The notes under the pieces were generated by a model. It made no database searches and was not told the origin of the DNA. It saw only the letters and a program-made list of their open reading frames with translations. A program made the position numbers and the translations under genes. Positions 45,701 to 56,800 of a DNA stretch of 64,000 nt are shown here, one piece after another. Each line of letters begins with the position of its first letter. Position 1 is the first letter of the stretch. Source of the DNA: Clostridia bacterium (GTDB lineage: Bacteria > Bacillota > Clostridia > RGIG6154); the NCBI GenBank assembly GCA_045660065.1, contig JAZRDC010000026.1, positions 5,823-69,822 of the forward strand, given 5' to 3'.

Positions 45701-46647
45701 ATCTGCCCTTTTTCGAATTTTACTGCACCGATTTCTATAATTGAACAAGTAAGAGGGCTAAGACCTGTTGTTTCAATATCAAGTGCTATAAATGTATCGT
45801 CAAAAGTACAATCTTTATATCCTTTTACAATCTTTGTTTCATCATCAATCAAATAACATTCTGTACCATAAATAATTTTAATTCCGTTCTTTTTACCTGC
45901 GTCTAATGCATCAGGATATGCCTGAACAACACCGTGGTCTGTAATTGCAATGGCTTTGTGTCCCCATTGGGCAGCACGCTTAACTGCGGCTTCAACATCT
46001 ACAACACTATCCATAGCACTCATTTTTGTGTGGAGATGCAATTCAACACGCTTCTCTTCTGCGTCATCAACCATTTTCGGTTCTTCAACAAGAGTTACAG
46101 CGTCTGCAAAAATGCCAACTTCATTATCATACTTGTCGTATGATGCTTCTCCCATAACACGCAGATATTTCCCCTCTTTGATTGAGGCGCAAATTTTTTC
46201 TGCCACAGGTTTTGTCATTATTAGTTTACAGGTTATAGAAGAAGTTTTATCTGTTACACCAAATTTAAAAAGAATTCTACCTCTTTTTGTTTCTCTTTCG
46301 TCAGTTGAAATAACCTGACCTTCAATTGTAACTTTACCATAATACTGATCGATATTACTGATTTTTTCAATTTCCACATCTTCAGTATTCAAAGGTTTGC
46401 CCAAAAGCACAGGATTTACTTTTTTCTTTTGTTCAACCACATTAAATGTAGCATCTACTTTATCTATTGGATAGATGCCCATAATTGCGTCTGTGAGTTC
46501 TGCTTTTTCCTGATCTGAAAGCGGATTTGGCACAGAAAAAGTAACCTGCATCGAATTCGTTGCAGGTTTAAGTTTTATATTTTCGACCTTTGTGGTAAGC
46601 ATTACAGGAGTAACTACCACATCATTAAATAAATCTAAAAAATTCAT
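42733..46647 (-). CDS. polC: DNA polymerase III PolC-type (Gram-positive replicative polymerase)
   Basis: The 1304-aa ORF has an inserted DEDD exonuclease (FIALDIETTGLSP…HNAEFDCGF…HRAFDDA), a PHP domain and the polymerase core. The zinc-finger insertion CPHYVCPNC…CPECG is present. Confidence 0.9.
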   Translation of the reverse strand: MNFLDLFNDVVVTPVMLTTKVENIKLKPATNSMQVTFSVPNPLSDQEKAELTDAIMGIYPIDKVDATFNVVEQKKKVNPVLLGKPLNTEDVEIEKISNIDQYYGKVTIEGQVISTDERETKRGRILFKFGVTDKTSSITCKLIMTKPVAEKICASIKEGKYLRVMGEASYDKYDNEVGIFADAVTLVEEPKMVDDAEEKRVELHLHTKMSAMDSVVDVEAAVKRAAQWGHKAIAITDHGVVQAYPDALDAGKKNGIKIIYGTECYLIDDETKIVKGYKDCTFDDTFIALDIETTGLSPLTCSIIEIGAVKFEKGQIVDTYSQLIDPGFSISSFTTDLTGITNDMLSGMPTLETVMPEFLKFAGDYPVIAHNAEFDCGFIKYYCEKLGLSFSNTSIDTLELCKNLLPDLKKFKLDTIAKSFNINMGSHHRAFDDARTCGYIFFKTRDILQKMGVTNIGQINSQFARADYTKANTYHVILLVKNQEGMKNLYKIISESHLNYFYKRPRVPRRILSEFREGLIVGSACEAGELFTAVVDGKSHDDLLKIAEFYDYLEVQPIGNNRFMLDNGTVSNVGQLQEFNKIIIDLAKELDKPYVATCDAHFLDPDDKVFRAIIQAGQKYKDADNQAPLYFRNTTDMLKEFDYLDEETAYNAVVKNTNLIADMIEPDLQPIPKKTYAPKIDGAEDDVRNISYATAHEIYGENIPQFVLDRMDKELNSIINNGFSVMYVIAQKLVWKSLEDGYLVGSRGSVGSSFIAFLMKITEVNSLCPHYVCPNCKHNEFIQDGKYACGVDMPDKDCPECGTKMNKDGFDIPFETFLGFHGEKDPDIDLNFSGEYQAKAHKFLENFFGSDHVFKAGTISTLADKTAYGYVMNYLAERNIIATNAEKDRLTKGCAGVRKTTGQHPGGMVVVPDDMDIYDFCPIHRPADKTDVDIITTHFDYSKMKGTLLKFDILGHDDPTVLRMLGDITGVDVQKIPLDDQDVMSLFSSNKILKYKEELYDEEFCDVIGTNGLPEFGTGFTKQMLLDTLPTTFGELIRISGLSHGTDVWLNNAQDLVRAGTATLKEVICTRDDIMVNLMYMGMDAEDAFQIMEFTRKGKFTQHQEYVPKMKESNVPDWYIESCLKIKYMFPKAHAAAYVMMAFRIAWFKVHQPLAFYMTYFTVRADLFDASLMTKGIERTREEIKRLKSSDEKLSVKDSSVLTILEVCNEMYSRGFEFTKIDLYKSDAVKFLLDEENRILPPLSAMPGLGENAAKSIAEARVDGEFTSIEDLRMRSGVNKTAIEVLRQEGCLDGMQESAQITFF

Positions 46648-46648
46648 T

Positions 46649-47692
46649 TTATGCTCCGTTAATTTCTTTCATAAGTTCATCAAGAAGATTTTCAAAAGGA
46701 ATTTTTCTTACCAATTCACCTTTTTTGAACAATATGCACTCATTAAGACCGCCCGCAACCCCGATATCTGCTTCTTTTGCTTCACCCGGTCCGTTCACCA
46801 CGCATCCCATAACTGCAACTGTTAAATTTTTATTTATGTTTTTTGTCAAATCTTCTATCTTTTTTACTGTTTCGATTAAATTGTAATTGCATCTTCCGCA
46901 AGTTGGGCATGATACAATGTTTATTCCGCCATCTAATTTTCCGCAGGCTTTTAAAATCTCTTTTGCTGCATAAATTTCTTTTACAGGTTCTGCGGTAAGT
47001 GATACTCTCATTGTATCACCAATACCATCCAAAATAAGGCTGCCTAACCCCACTGATGATTTTACCAGCCCTGAATATTCACTGCCTGCTTCGGTAACAC
47101 CGATATGTAACGGGTATGAAACAAGTTCAGAAATTTTTCTGTATGCTTCAACAGTTGTAATAACGTTTGATGCTTTTAAAGAAAGCACAATATTTGAAAA
47201 ATCACATTCTTCCAAAAGTTTTACTTCTTTCAAAGCACTTTCTACCAAAGCGTCCGCAGTAGGACTTTTATATTTTTCTAAAATCTCTTTGTCAACAGAG
47301 CCTGAATTTACACCAATTCTTATAGGAATGTTTTTTTCATTTGCCTTTTCGGCTAAAATTCTTACTCTGTTTCTGTCTCCGATATTTCCAGGATTTATTC
47401 TTATTTTATCAATTCCGCGCTCTATACATTCAAGAGCAATTTTGTAGTCAAAATGAATGTCTGCAACCAATGGAATTGAAATTTTTTCTTTGATTTTATC
47501 TATAAATTTTGCATCGTTGGCAGTTGGCACAGTAACACGAACAATATCACATCCTGCCTGTTGAAGGTCTATAATCTGATTAATTGTTTTTTCAGTGTCA
47601 GAGGGCACAGTTGTGGTCATAGACTGAATTGCTACTCTGTTCCCCCCACCAATTACGATATTACCAATTTTAACTTCTGTGGTTTTTTTCAT
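46649..47692 (-). CDS. ispG: 4-hydroxy-3-methylbut-2-en-1-yl diphosphate synthase (flavodoxin)
   Basis: The TIM-barrel and [4Fe-4S] domain cysteines (CPTCGRC) are present. The ORF is 347 aa. Confidence 0.9.
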   Translation of the reverse strand: MKKTTEVKIGNIVIGGGNRVAIQSMTTTVPSDTEKTINQIIDLQQAGCDIVRVTVPTANDAKFIDKIKEKISIPLVADIHFDYKIALECIERGIDKIRINPGNIGDRNRVRILAEKANEKNIPIRIGVNSGSVDKEILEKYKSPTADALVESALKEVKLLEECDFSNIVLSLKASNVITTVEAYRKISELVSYPLHIGVTEAGSEYSGLVKSSVGLGSLILDGIGDTMRVSLTAEPVKEIYAAKEILKACGKLDGGINIVSCPTCGRCNYNLIETVKKIEDLTKNINKNLTVAVMGCVVNGPGEAKEADIGVAGGLNECILFKKGELVRKIPFENLLDELMKEINGA

Positions 47693-47704
47693 AAAATCAC
47701 CTCA

Positions 47705-48712
47705 TTAATTTCCAATAAGCCTGAAAACATCGTTAAATGTTACAAACACCATCAATACCAATAACGCTAAAAAGCCAATTGCGTGCACAATTGCTTCGTA
47801 CTTTTGCGGTACGGGTTTTCTGAAAATAAATTCAATTAAAACAAACAAAATTCTTCCGCCATCTAATGCAGGTAACGGCAAAAGGTTAAACAGACCGAGA
47901 TTGACTGATATCAAAGCCAAAAGGTACAAAACATTCTTAAATCCGTTTTGTGCCGCCTTACCAATCTCACTTACAATTCCCACAGGACCTGATGTATCTT
48001 TTACAGATACTGCACCTGTAAACATATCACCGATGGTAAGCACAACAACTTTAGAAGTAAAAATTTCAAAATTATATGCGTATTTTAATGTTTCCCATAC
48101 ATTGTTTTTCACAATTACAGGAGTGTATCCGATATAATAATTTCCATTATCAGAATGAGGTGTGATATTTAAAACTATCTTTTCATTTCCGCGTTTTACA
48201 GTTACATCAACATCTTTTCCACCGTTTCTGTATAGGAAAAATGAAATATCTGAGTCGATATTTATATTTGTGGAATTCAGTTTTATGATTTCGTCTCCTG
48301 CCTTTAATCCCTGATTATATGCAGGTGCATTTTCAAGCACGCTTCCAACATTTGTTGTTGCAATATTTTCGTTAGGGGCAAACAAAATCACCAGTGCAAT
48401 AAAACCGAGAATTAAATTCATTATTGCACCCGCTGCAAGAATACTTATTCTTTGCAGAGGTTTTTTTGCAGAAAAAGAAACAGGTGAATCTACACTTTCA
48501 TCTTCACCCGTAAGCTTACAATAACCGCCAATAGGGATAAGTCTGAGTGAATACAAGGTTTCTTTCCCCTGAAAGGAAAAAAGTTTTGGACCCATACCGA
48601 TTGCAAACTCAGTTACCTCTACTTTATTTAATTTTGCCGCAATCAGGTGTCCTGCCTCGTGAACACCTATCAATAATCCGAATACAATTATTGCCGCAAT
48701 TGCAGTTAACAA
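47705..48712 (-). CDS. rseP: RIP metalloprotease RseP (site-2 protease, M50 with PDZ)
   Basis: It has the HExxH motif (VHEAGHLIAAK), a PDZ domain and the LDGG motif (PLPALDGGRILF). Confidence 0.85.
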   Translation of the reverse strand: MLTAIAAIIVFGLLIGVHEAGHLIAAKLNKVEVTEFAIGMGPKLFSFQGKETLYSLRLIPIGGYCKLTGEDESVDSPVSFSAKKPLQRISILAAGAIMNLILGFIALVILFAPNENIATTNVGSVLENAPAYNQGLKAGDEIIKLNSTNINIDSDISFFLYRNGGKDVDVTVKRGNEKIVLNITPHSDNGNYYIGYTPVIVKNNVWETLKYAYNFEIFTSKVVVLTIGDMFTGAVSVKDTSGPVGIVSEIGKAAQNGFKNVLYLLALISVNLGLFNLLPLPALDGGRILFVLIEFIFRKPVPQKYEAIVHAIGFLALLVLMVFVTFNDVFRLIGN

Positions 48713-48716
48713 TTAA

Positions 48717-49868
48717 TCACCTTCCAACAATATTTAAAATGGCATCGCGTGCCAATGCGTCAGCATCTAAAACATCTTTAAGAGTATAGTCGTAAATAGT
48801 ATTATACCCATTCATTGCCTTTTCAATTATATCTGCAATATCTAAAAATCCGATTTTTCCTTCTAAAAATAATGCAACCGCAGCCTCATTTGCTCCGTTT
48901 AAAAAGGCAGGCATAGTACCACCTTGTTTGATTGCATTGATTGCAAGTGGTAAACACTTGAAAGTTTCATAATCAGGCTTATCAAAAGTAAGTGCTTTAA
49001 GTGTTGAAAAATCGAGGGGGTCGTTATTTAAAACTTCTCTGTCAGGATAGTTAAGCGCTACACTAATTGGTGTTCTCATATCAGGTTTGCCCATCTGAGC
49101 CATAACACTTCCGTCTGAAAATTCAACCATCGAATGAATTATACTCTGACGGTGAACAACGATATCTATTTTATCGATATCCACATCAAAAAGCCATTTT
49201 GCCTCAATAAATTCAAGGCCTTTATTCATAAGAGTTGCACTGTCAATTGTTATTTTACTTCCCATACTCCAGTTTGGATGATTAAGGGCATCTTTAACAG
49301 TAACACTTTTTAATTCTTCAATATTTTTACCAAAGAAAGGTCCGCCTGATGCAGTTAAAATAATTCTTTTAATGCTTTTGTTATTTTCACCGTTTAAGCA
49401 CTGAAAAATAGCACTGTGTTCACTGTCAACAGGCAAAAGTTTTACATTCTTTTTTCTGATTTTGTCTGTTACAAGGCTTCCTGCAGTTACCAAAGTTTCT
49501 TTGTTGGCAAGAGCAATGTCAATGCCATTATCAATAGCATCTAATGTTGGTAAAAGTCCTGCAATACCAACGATTGCAGACAAAGCAATGTCAGCGCCTG
49601 TGTGTGCTGCTACTTCTCTTACGCCATCTGAGCCGCACAAAATTTCGGTATCGCAATCACTTACCGCTGATTTTAAATCATTATAAAGTGTTTCATCAAA
49701 AATTGCAGCCTTCTTTGGCTTATATTTTCTGATTTGCTCACTTAAAAGTTTTACATTTCTGTTTGCCGCAAGACCGCAAACTTCAAATTTATCGTTTTGT
49801 CTGTCTACTACATCCAAAGTTTGTGTTCCTATTGAACCGGTAGACCCTAAAACAGTGATTTTTTTCAT
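48717..49868 (-). CDS. dxr: 1-deoxy-D-xylulose 5-phosphate reductoisomerase
   Basis: The N-terminus ITVLGSTGSIGTQTLDV and the LANKE motif are present. The ORF is 383 aa. Confidence 0.9.
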   Translation of the reverse strand: MKKITVLGSTGSIGTQTLDVVDRQNDKFEVCGLAANRNVKLLSEQIRKYKPKKAAIFDETLYNDLKSAVSDCDTEILCGSDGVREVAAHTGADIALSAIVGIAGLLPTLDAIDNGIDIALANKETLVTAGSLVTDKIRKKNVKLLPVDSEHSAIFQCLNGENNKSIKRIILTASGGPFFGKNIEELKSVTVKDALNHPNWSMGSKITIDSATLMNKGLEFIEAKWLFDVDIDKIDIVVHRQSIIHSMVEFSDGSVMAQMGKPDMRTPISVALNYPDREVLNNDPLDFSTLKALTFDKPDYETFKCLPLAINAIKQGGTMPAFLNGANEAAVALFLEGKIGFLDIADIIEKAMNGYNTIYDYTLKDVLDADALARDAILNIVGR

Positions 49869-49878
49869 ATAAACTCCG

Positions 49879-50691
49879 TTATTTTACAATAAATACAGGT
49901 AAAACTGTTACAAAATAGTATACTAATGGTGCCATTAAAATAATACTGTCAAGTCTATCCATAACACCGCCGTGTCCTGGCAGAACATTTCCGTAATCTT
50001 TAACACCATACTGCCTTTTGATAATAGATGCAGTCAAATCTCCCAACTGTGAGAATAAGCCACTTAAAATGCCAAGGATAGCAAGATTAAGATAGTTTAC
50101 ATCTAAGTTATTGATTTTACCTGCAACATAGCCAAAAACAAGCATAAGAAGAACTGTTCCCACTTCTCCGCCAACTGCACCTTCGATTGTTTTTTTAGGG
50201 CTTACTTTCGGGCATAATTTATGCTTTCCGAACAACACACCTACAAAATAAGCGCAGGTGTCTGTTGCAAATGCACCTATAAAAATTAAAAATACATATA
50301 AATTTCCAAGTTCAAGTTGTCTTGCAGAAACAATATGAAGCATAGACGCAGTTATGTAAACAAGTGAAAAAACACACAATGAAACATCATTGAATTCAGT
50401 TTTTTCGTGATTAAATAGCATAAGTGCAAATAACAAAACAACATACACTGCAACAACTGCCGGTATAACACTATTTTGCTTTGCAAACACTATTCCTGCA
50501 AAAATCACAGAGAAAATTAAATTTGCACTTAAAAGAAGTGGCTTTTTACCAATACCTACAACTTTTAAAAATTCATATTGTGCAACCAAAGCCAAAAGTG
50601 CAACAAATGCGCCTGTTACAACAACATTTGAAAACAGAATAACAAGCACCACGACAGCAATAGCCGCCCCTGTAATTACCCTTTGAAGCAT
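49879..50691 (-). CDS. cdsA: Phosphatidate cytidylyltransferase
   Basis: It is a multi-TM protein with the CdsA signature near the C-terminus (SIIKRQYGVKDYGNVLPGHGGVMDRLDS). I chose the start MLQRVIT, since the longer ORF overlaps uppS. Confidence 0.8.
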   Translation of the reverse strand: MLQRVITGAAIAVVVLVILFSNVVVTGAFVALLALVAQYEFLKVVGIGKKPLLLSANLIFSVIFAGIVFAKQNSVIPAVVAVYVVLLFALMLFNHEKTEFNDVSLCVFSLVYITASMLHIVSARQLELGNLYVFLIFIGAFATDTCAYFVGVLFGKHKLCPKVSPKKTIEGAVGGEVGTVLLMLVFGYVAGKINNLDVNYLNLAILGILSGLFSQLGDLTASIIKRQYGVKDYGNVLPGHGGVMDRLDSIILMAPLVYYFVTVLPVFIVK

Positions 50692-50692
50692 A

Positions 50693-51439
50693 CTATTCCT
50701 CCGTTTTTTCGCTTTCTTCCAAAAGACCACCGTATTTGCGTTTTCGTAATTGATAATCGCAAATCGCTTGCTCTAAATCTTCTTCCATAAATTCAGGCCA
50801 GAGTTTTTCTGTAAACCAGAACTCTGAATATGATGACTGCCATATAAGGAAGTTGCTGAGTCTTAACTCCCCTGCAGTTCTGATAATCAAATCAGGGTCA
50901 GGAATATCAAAAGTGTATAATTCTTTTGAAAAAGCGTCTTCTGTAATATCATTAATATCAATAATTCCGTCTTTTACTTTCTGGGCAAATTTCTTTGTAG
51001 CAGAAATAATTTCATTACGTCCGCCGTATCCAAGTGCTATATTTACGCTAAGTCCTGTTTTTTTCTCAGTAACTTTTTCAACATAATTAATAGCCGCTTT
51101 AATCGCAGGATCAAAACTTGAAATATCGCCGATTACACGAATTCTGATTTCTGTTCCGCCGATATAACTTTCCCAGTTTTTCAAATAATTTGCCAAAAGA
51201 GACATAAGCCCCATAACCTCGGTTTTGGGGCGTTTCCAGTTTTCTGTTGAAAAAGCATAAACAGTAAGATTTTTAACTCCGATGCGTTCGCAGTATTCGG
51301 CAATTTTAACTAATCTTTCTGCTCCTGCTTTATGTCCGTTGGTTCGTGATAATCCCTGCATAGTGGCAAATCTTCCATTGCCATCCATAATAATTCCTAT
51401 GCTTTTGGGAATTCTCTCTAAATCAAACTTATACTTCAA
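50693..51439 (-). CDS. uppS: Isoprenyl transferase (undecaprenyl diphosphate synthase)
   Basis: PKSIGIIMDGNGRFA, RTNGHKAG and YAFSTENWKRP are the UppS motifs. It probably starts at a TTG at 51439 preceded by GAAGGAAG, because the ORF-track start at 51475 would overlap frr by 47 nt. Confidence 0.85.
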   Translation of the reverse strand: MKYKFDLERIPKSIGIIMDGNGRFATMQGLSRTNGHKAGAERLVKIAEYCERIGVKNLTVYAFSTENWKRPKTEVMGLMSLLANYLKNWESYIGGTEIRIRVIGDISSFDPAIKAAINYVEKVTEKKTGLSVNIALGYGGRNEIISATKKFAQKVKDGIIDINDITEDAFSKELYTFDIPDPDLIIRTAGELRLSNFLIWQSSYSEFWFTEKLWPEFMEEDLEQAICDYQLRKRKYGGLLEESEKTEE

Positions 51440-51983
51440 GAACTTCAGCTTCCTTCTTCTTGACAATTTCGTCAATCTCTTTTATTGCACCGTCTGTCAT
51501 ATCCTGAATATCTTTTTCAATGCCTTTTAAATCATCTTCTGTGATTTCTGATGCTTTCTGCTGTTTTTTGAACATTTCTAAAGCATCACGTCTGATAGAA
51601 CGAATAGCAACTTTTGAATCTTCACCGATTTTCTTTACAGTTTTTACGATTTCTTTTCTTCTTTCTTCTGTAAGCGGTGGGAAGTTAAGTCTGATAACTT
51701 TACCATCGTTGTTAGGATTAATTCCCAAATCAGAAGCCATAATTGCTTTTTCGATTTCTTTTAAAATTGTTGCATCCCATGGCTGGATAACGATTGATCT
51801 TGCTTCAGGAACTGAAACTGTACCAACCTGCTGAATTGGTGTAGGAACACCATAGTAGTCAACTGTGATTTTATCAAGTACTGATGGGTTTGCTCTGCCT
51901 GCTCTGATTGATGCGAGTTCACTTGCCAAAACGCTGATACTTTTATCCATTTTTGCTTTTACTTCTGTATACTGTGCTTTCAT
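51429..51983 (-). CDS. frr: Ribosome recycling factor
   Basis: The 184-aa ORF has the RRF signature (IRAGRANPSVLD, VSVPEARS, LTEERRKE). Confidence 0.9.
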   Translation of the reverse strand: MKAQYTEVKAKMDKSISVLASELASIRAGRANPSVLDKITVDYYGVPTPIQQVGTVSVPEARSIVIQPWDATILKEIEKAIMASDLGINPNNDGKVIRLNFPPLTEERRKEIVKTVKKIGEDSKVAIRSIRRDALEMFKKQQKASEITEDDLKGIEKDIQDMTDGAIKEIDEIVKKKEAEVLEV

Positions 51984-51995
51984 ATATATTCTCCT

Positions 51996-52700
51996 TTATT
52001 CTTTATTATTAACAATTGTACCGATTTTTTCACCCTTGACTGCTCTGATGATATTTTCAGGCTGGTCAAGACCAAATACTAAAATCGGAATATCATTATC
52101 CATACAAAGTGATGTTGCAGTAGAATCCATAACACCGAGTCTTGAATTTAAAATATTTATGTAACTCAAATGGTCAAATCTAACTGCTTCAGGGTTAATA
52201 TTAGGGTCGCTGTCATAAACTGCATCAACTTTTTTAGCAAGAAGTATGATGTCAGCATTGATTTCTGCTGCACGAAGAGCAGCCGCTGTATCAGTTGAGA
52301 AGAACGGACAACCTGAACCACAAGCAAAAATAACAACTCTGCTGTTTTCAAGATGTTTTACTGCCTTTCCTCTGATATAAGGTTCTGCAATCTGACGCAT
52401 TTCAATTGCAGTCTGTACTCTTGTGGGAACACCTTTATGTTCCAATGAATCAGCCAAAGCCAAAGCATTGATAACTGTTGCAAGCATACCCATATGGTCA
52501 GCACGGGTTCTTTCCATATTTTCCCCGTCTCTGCCTCTCCAGAAGTTTCCGCCGCCAACAACGATAGCAACTTCAACACCCATTTCAACACATTCTTTGA
52601 TTTTGTCACAAATATCGCTGATTGTTTCGTGGTTAAGGCCGAATTTGTTATCTCCAGCCAAAGCTTCTCCGCTTACTTTCAGCAACACTCTTTTGTACAT
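51996..52700 (-). CDS. pyrH: UMP kinase
   Basis: [16 protein letters not shown]…[10 protein letters not shown] is the UMP kinase signature. I chose the internal start, since the longer ORF overlaps dusB. Confidence 0.9.
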   Translation of the reverse strand: MYKRVLLKVSGEALAGDNKFGLNHETISDICDKIKECVEMGVEVAIVVGGGNFWRGRDGENMERTRADHMGMLATVINALALADSLEHKGVPTRVQTAIEMRQIAEPYIRGKAVKHLENSRVVIFACGSGCPFFSTDTAAALRAAEINADIILLAKKVDAVYDSDPNINPEAVRFDHLSYINILNSRLGVMDSTATSLCMDNDIPILVFGLDQPENIIRAVKGEKIGTIVNNKE

Positions 52701-52704
52701 TGCT

Positions 52705-53658
52705 TCACTCACCCTGATTACCCCCATTGTTTTTCTTAAGATTTTCAAGTATATATCTGATTTCATCGGCACTTTCGGAAGAATTTACTGCATTCTTCGC
52801 CTTCGCAGCACCATGAAACCCTTTAATGTACCAGGACATATGCTTTCTTGCTTCCCTGATACCAATATATTCGCCTTTATGTTCTACAATACGCTCCATA
52901 TGATATAAAGCTGTATCTATAATCTGCTCCGCAGTAGGTTTAATTCCTGAAAAAATAAATGGATTTCCAAGAGCACCTCGGGCAATCATAACACCATCGC
53001 ACCCTGTGTAGTCAATCATTTTCTCCACATCTTCATAAGAAAAGACATCGCCGTTTCCTATAACGGGAATACTTACTGCTTCTTTTACTTTTTTAATTAT
53101 ATCCCAATCGGCACTGCCTGAGTAATATTGCTCTCTTGTTCTGCCGTGGACCGCTATGGCTTTTGCTCCGTTTTTTTCTAAAATTTCGGCAACTTCAACT
53201 GCGTTGACATTTTCATCGTCCCAGCCTTTGCGGATTTTAACTGTAACAGGAATGTCAACTGCCTCGCTTACCGCTTTGACAATTTCACCTGCTAAGTCAG
53301 GATTTTTCATAAGTGCCGAACCGTCGCCGTTTCCTGCAACTTTAGGCACGGGGCACCCCATATTAATATCGATAATTTTACATACATTCATTTCCTGCAC
53401 TTTTTTTGCACCGTATGCCATTATTTCAGGATCAGACCCGAAAATCTGAACTGCGTATGGCTGTTCGTCTTCCAATGGCAAAATAAGTTTCACAGTTTTT
53501 TGGTCATTATAATAAAGTGCTTTCGCGTAAACCATTTCTGAGTATGTAAATCCGCATCCGAATTTACGGCATATTCCCCGAAATGATGCATCGGTAACCC
53601 CTGCCATCGGCCCTAAAGCCGTGGCAGAAGGTATTAATACATTACCGATTTTAAACAT
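52705..53658 (-). CDS. tRNA-dihydrouridine synthase (DusB-like)
   Basis: The Dus TIM-barrel motifs (LAPMAGVTD-like [19 protein letters not shown], catalytic Cys region) are present. The ORF is 317 aa. Confidence 0.85.
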   Translation of the reverse strand: MFKIGNVLIPSATALGPMAGVTDASFRGICRKFGCGFTYSEMVYAKALYYNDQKTVKLILPLEDEQPYAVQIFGSDPEIMAYGAKKVQEMNVCKIIDINMGCPVPKVAGNGDGSALMKNPDLAGEIVKAVSEAVDIPVTVKIRKGWDDENVNAVEVAEILEKNGAKAIAVHGRTREQYYSGSADWDIIKKVKEAVSIPVIGNGDVFSYEDVEKMIDYTGCDGVMIARGALGNPFIFSGIKPTAEQIIDTALYHMERIVEHKGEYIGIREARKHMSWYIKGFHGAAKAKNAVNSSESADEIRYILENLKKNNGGNQGE

Positions 53659-53864
53659 TATTTACCTACTGATGCAAGATAAGCGTTGATTTTATCAACT
53701 AAAACATCTGCATCTACGCCGTGAACTGCACATGCTTCTGCAATGCTTTCTCCGCTTGCTGAAGGGCAACCTAAGCAATGCATACCGATTTCAAAGAAAA
53801 GCGGTGCTGTTCCCTGATCAATTTTTAAAACATCCAAAATAATAGTATCTTTTGTTACTGCCAT
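53658..53864 (-). CDS. DUF1858 small redox-disulfide protein (hybrid-cluster-protein-associated type)
   Basis: The 68-aa ORF has [25 protein letters not shown], the conserved CxGC motif of DUF1858 (TIGR03980-like) proteins. Confidence 0.65.
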   Translation of the reverse strand: MAVTKDTIILDVLKIDQGTAPLFFEIGMHCLGCPSASGESIAEACAVHGVDADVLVDKINAYLASVGK

Positions 53865-53886
53865 GATAATTACTCCTTTTTATAAA

Positions 53887-56800
53887 TTATTTTATAACTT
53901 CAACAGATAAGACAACTTTTTCACCATTAATGTTCCATTCTTTCTGGTGCATACATGTTCCTTCAAAAACTTCATCTGCTAAAGTATCCTGCATAATTTC
54001 AGTCTTATTTCTTTCAATAATTTCAGCAATCTTATTGTTATCAGAATAACCGATTTTAATGTGATCCTGTACTAAGAAGTCGCTGTCTTTTCTCATTGTC
54101 TGAATTTTACTGATAATTTCTCTGATAAAGCCTTCTTCGATAAGTTCGTCGTTAAGGTTAGTATCAAGAACAACAGTTACATCTTTTTCAGTCTGTGAAA
54201 CCATTCCCTCTTTCTGGGTTGTTTCAATCAAGAGGTCTTCTTTTGAAAGTGAAACAGGATTTCCGTCAATTTCAAATTCAAAGTTTTTGCCTGCGTCTAA
54301 ATCTGCCATTGCAGATACAGTATCACATTCAGCAAGGAACTGACCGATTTTACCTAAGATTTTACCGTAACGAGGACCTAATGTTCTGAGTTGAGGTTTG
54401 AATTTGTAACCTACAAATCCTGAAACATCATCTGTAAACTCTAAAGTTTTAACATTGAGTTCTTCTAATACAATATCGTAATATTCTTTGTCAATTTCAT
54501 TTGTTGCTTTTGCGTAAATGCAAGAAAGCGGCTGACGGTTTTTAACATTTGCAGTATTTCTTGCGGCTCTACCTGCAACTACAATATTCAAAACTGTATC
54601 CATATTGTTTTCAAGTTCGCTATCAATCCATGCTTCATTTGCAACAGGATAATCGCAGAAATGAATGCTTTCAGGAGCAGTTTTATCATTTGTTCTTACT
54701 AAATTCTGATAAATTTCTTCTGTCATAAATGGAACATAAGGTGCTGCAAGTTTTGAAACTTCATATAAAACTGTATAAAGTGTCATAAACGCATTGATCT
54801 TATCCTGTGGCATATCTTTCTGCCAGAAACGTTCACGGCATCTTCTTACATACCAGTTTGAAAGTTCATCAACAAAATCCTGAATTGCTCTTGCAGATTC
54901 TGTGATGCGATAGTTTTCAAGATCTGAGTCTGTCTGCTTAATCAATGAATTAAGTCTTGACAAAATCCATTTATCCATTACAGGAAGTTTATCATATTCA
55001 AGTTTGTACTGTGTAGGATCAAACTTATCAATATCCGCATAAAGAATATAGAAAGCATATGTGTTCCAGAGTGTTCCCATAAATTTACGCTGACATTCGT
55101 TAACTGCTTCATCGTAAAATCTGTTTGGAAGCCATGGTGAACTTGATGTGTAGAAATACCATCTTACAGCATCGGCACCCTGATTGTTAAGAACATCCCA
55201 TGGGTCTACAACGTTGCCCTTATGCTTACTCATCTTCTGACCATCTTTATCCTGAACGTGGCCTAGAACGATAACATTTTTATATGGTGCCTTATCAAAG
55301 ATAAGTGTTGAAATTGCCATTAAAGTATAGAACCAACCACGAGTCTGGTCAATTGCTTCACTGATAAAGTCAGCCGGGAAGTTTTCGTCAAAAATTTCTT
55401 TGTTTTCAAATGGATAGTGCCACTGTGCAAATGGCATTGAACCTGAGTCAAACCAGCAGTCAATAACTTCAGGAACACGGTGCATTTTCTTTCCGCATTC
55501 AGGACAGTTGATTTCAACTGCATCGATATATGGTCTGTGAAGTTCAATATCATCAGGGCAGTTATCGCTCATTGATTTTAATTCTTCAATGCTTCCGATC
55601 ATATGGCGATGTCCGCAAGAACATTCCCAGATAGGAAGTGGTGTTCCCCAGTATCTTTCACGTGAAAGACCCCAGTCAATAACGCCGTCTAAGAAGTTAC
55701 CGAATCTGCCATCTTTGATGTTTTCAGGCATCCAGTTAACTGTTGCGTTATTTTTAAGAAGTCTTTCGCGAACTTTTGTCATTGCAATAAACCATGTTGC
55801 TCTTGCATAGTAGATAAGTGGTGTATCGCATCTCCAACAGAATGGATATGAGTGGGTAAATTTCTGTGGCTTGAATAAAAGACCTTTTGCTTTTAAATCT
55901 TCCAAAACCATAGGATCAGCATCTTTCATAAATACGCCTTCGTATTTATCTGTACCTTCAACAAATTTACCTTCTGTGTTAATCATCTGAACGAACGGTA
56001 AATCATTATCTCTTCCAACTCTTGCGTCATCTTCACCGAATGCAGGAGCAATATGAACGATACCTGTACCGTCTGTTGTTGTAACATAACTGTCAGCGAT
56101 AACAAACCAGCATTTCTTTTCAGGTTTTGCGTAATCAAAGAGTGGTTCGTATTCGATACCTTTAAGGTCTTCGCCTTTATATTCTTCGATCACTTCATAT
56201 TCTTCACCAAAAACGCTGTTAGCCAATTCTTTTGCAACGATATAAATTTTATCTTCAAATTTTGCTTTGATGTAATCAACATCGCCGTTTACTGCCAGAG
56301 CCACGTTAGACGGAAGTGTCCAAGGTGTGGTTGTCCACGCCATAATATATTCGTCTTTACCTTTGATTTTGAAGTTTACATATGCTGATGTATCTTCTAC
56401 ATCTTTATATCCTTGAGCAACTTCGTGGCTTGAAAGTGCAGTTCCGCATCTTGGGCAGTACGGTACAACTTTATGACCTTTGTAAATAAGGTCTTTATCC
56501 CATATCTGCTTTAATGCCCACCAAACTGATTCAATAAATTCGTTATGGTAAGTTACATATGGAGCTTCCATATCAGCCCAGAAACCAACACGATCGCTCA
56601 TTTCTTTCCAGAGGCCTTCGTATTTCCATACGCTCTTTTTACATTCTTCAATAAATGGCTGAACACCATATTTTTCAATTTCAGGTTTTCCGTCAATTCC
56701 GAGAATTTTTTCAACTTCCAACTCAACAGGAAGTCCATGTGTATCCCATCCTGCCTTACGGAGAACTTTGTAGCCTTTCATTGTTTTGTAACGTGGAATA

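Noticed and set aside
52423-52908. 161-aa and 81-aa plus-strand ORFs antisense to pyrH and dusB
   Set aside because: They are shadow ORFs inside conserved housekeeping genes.
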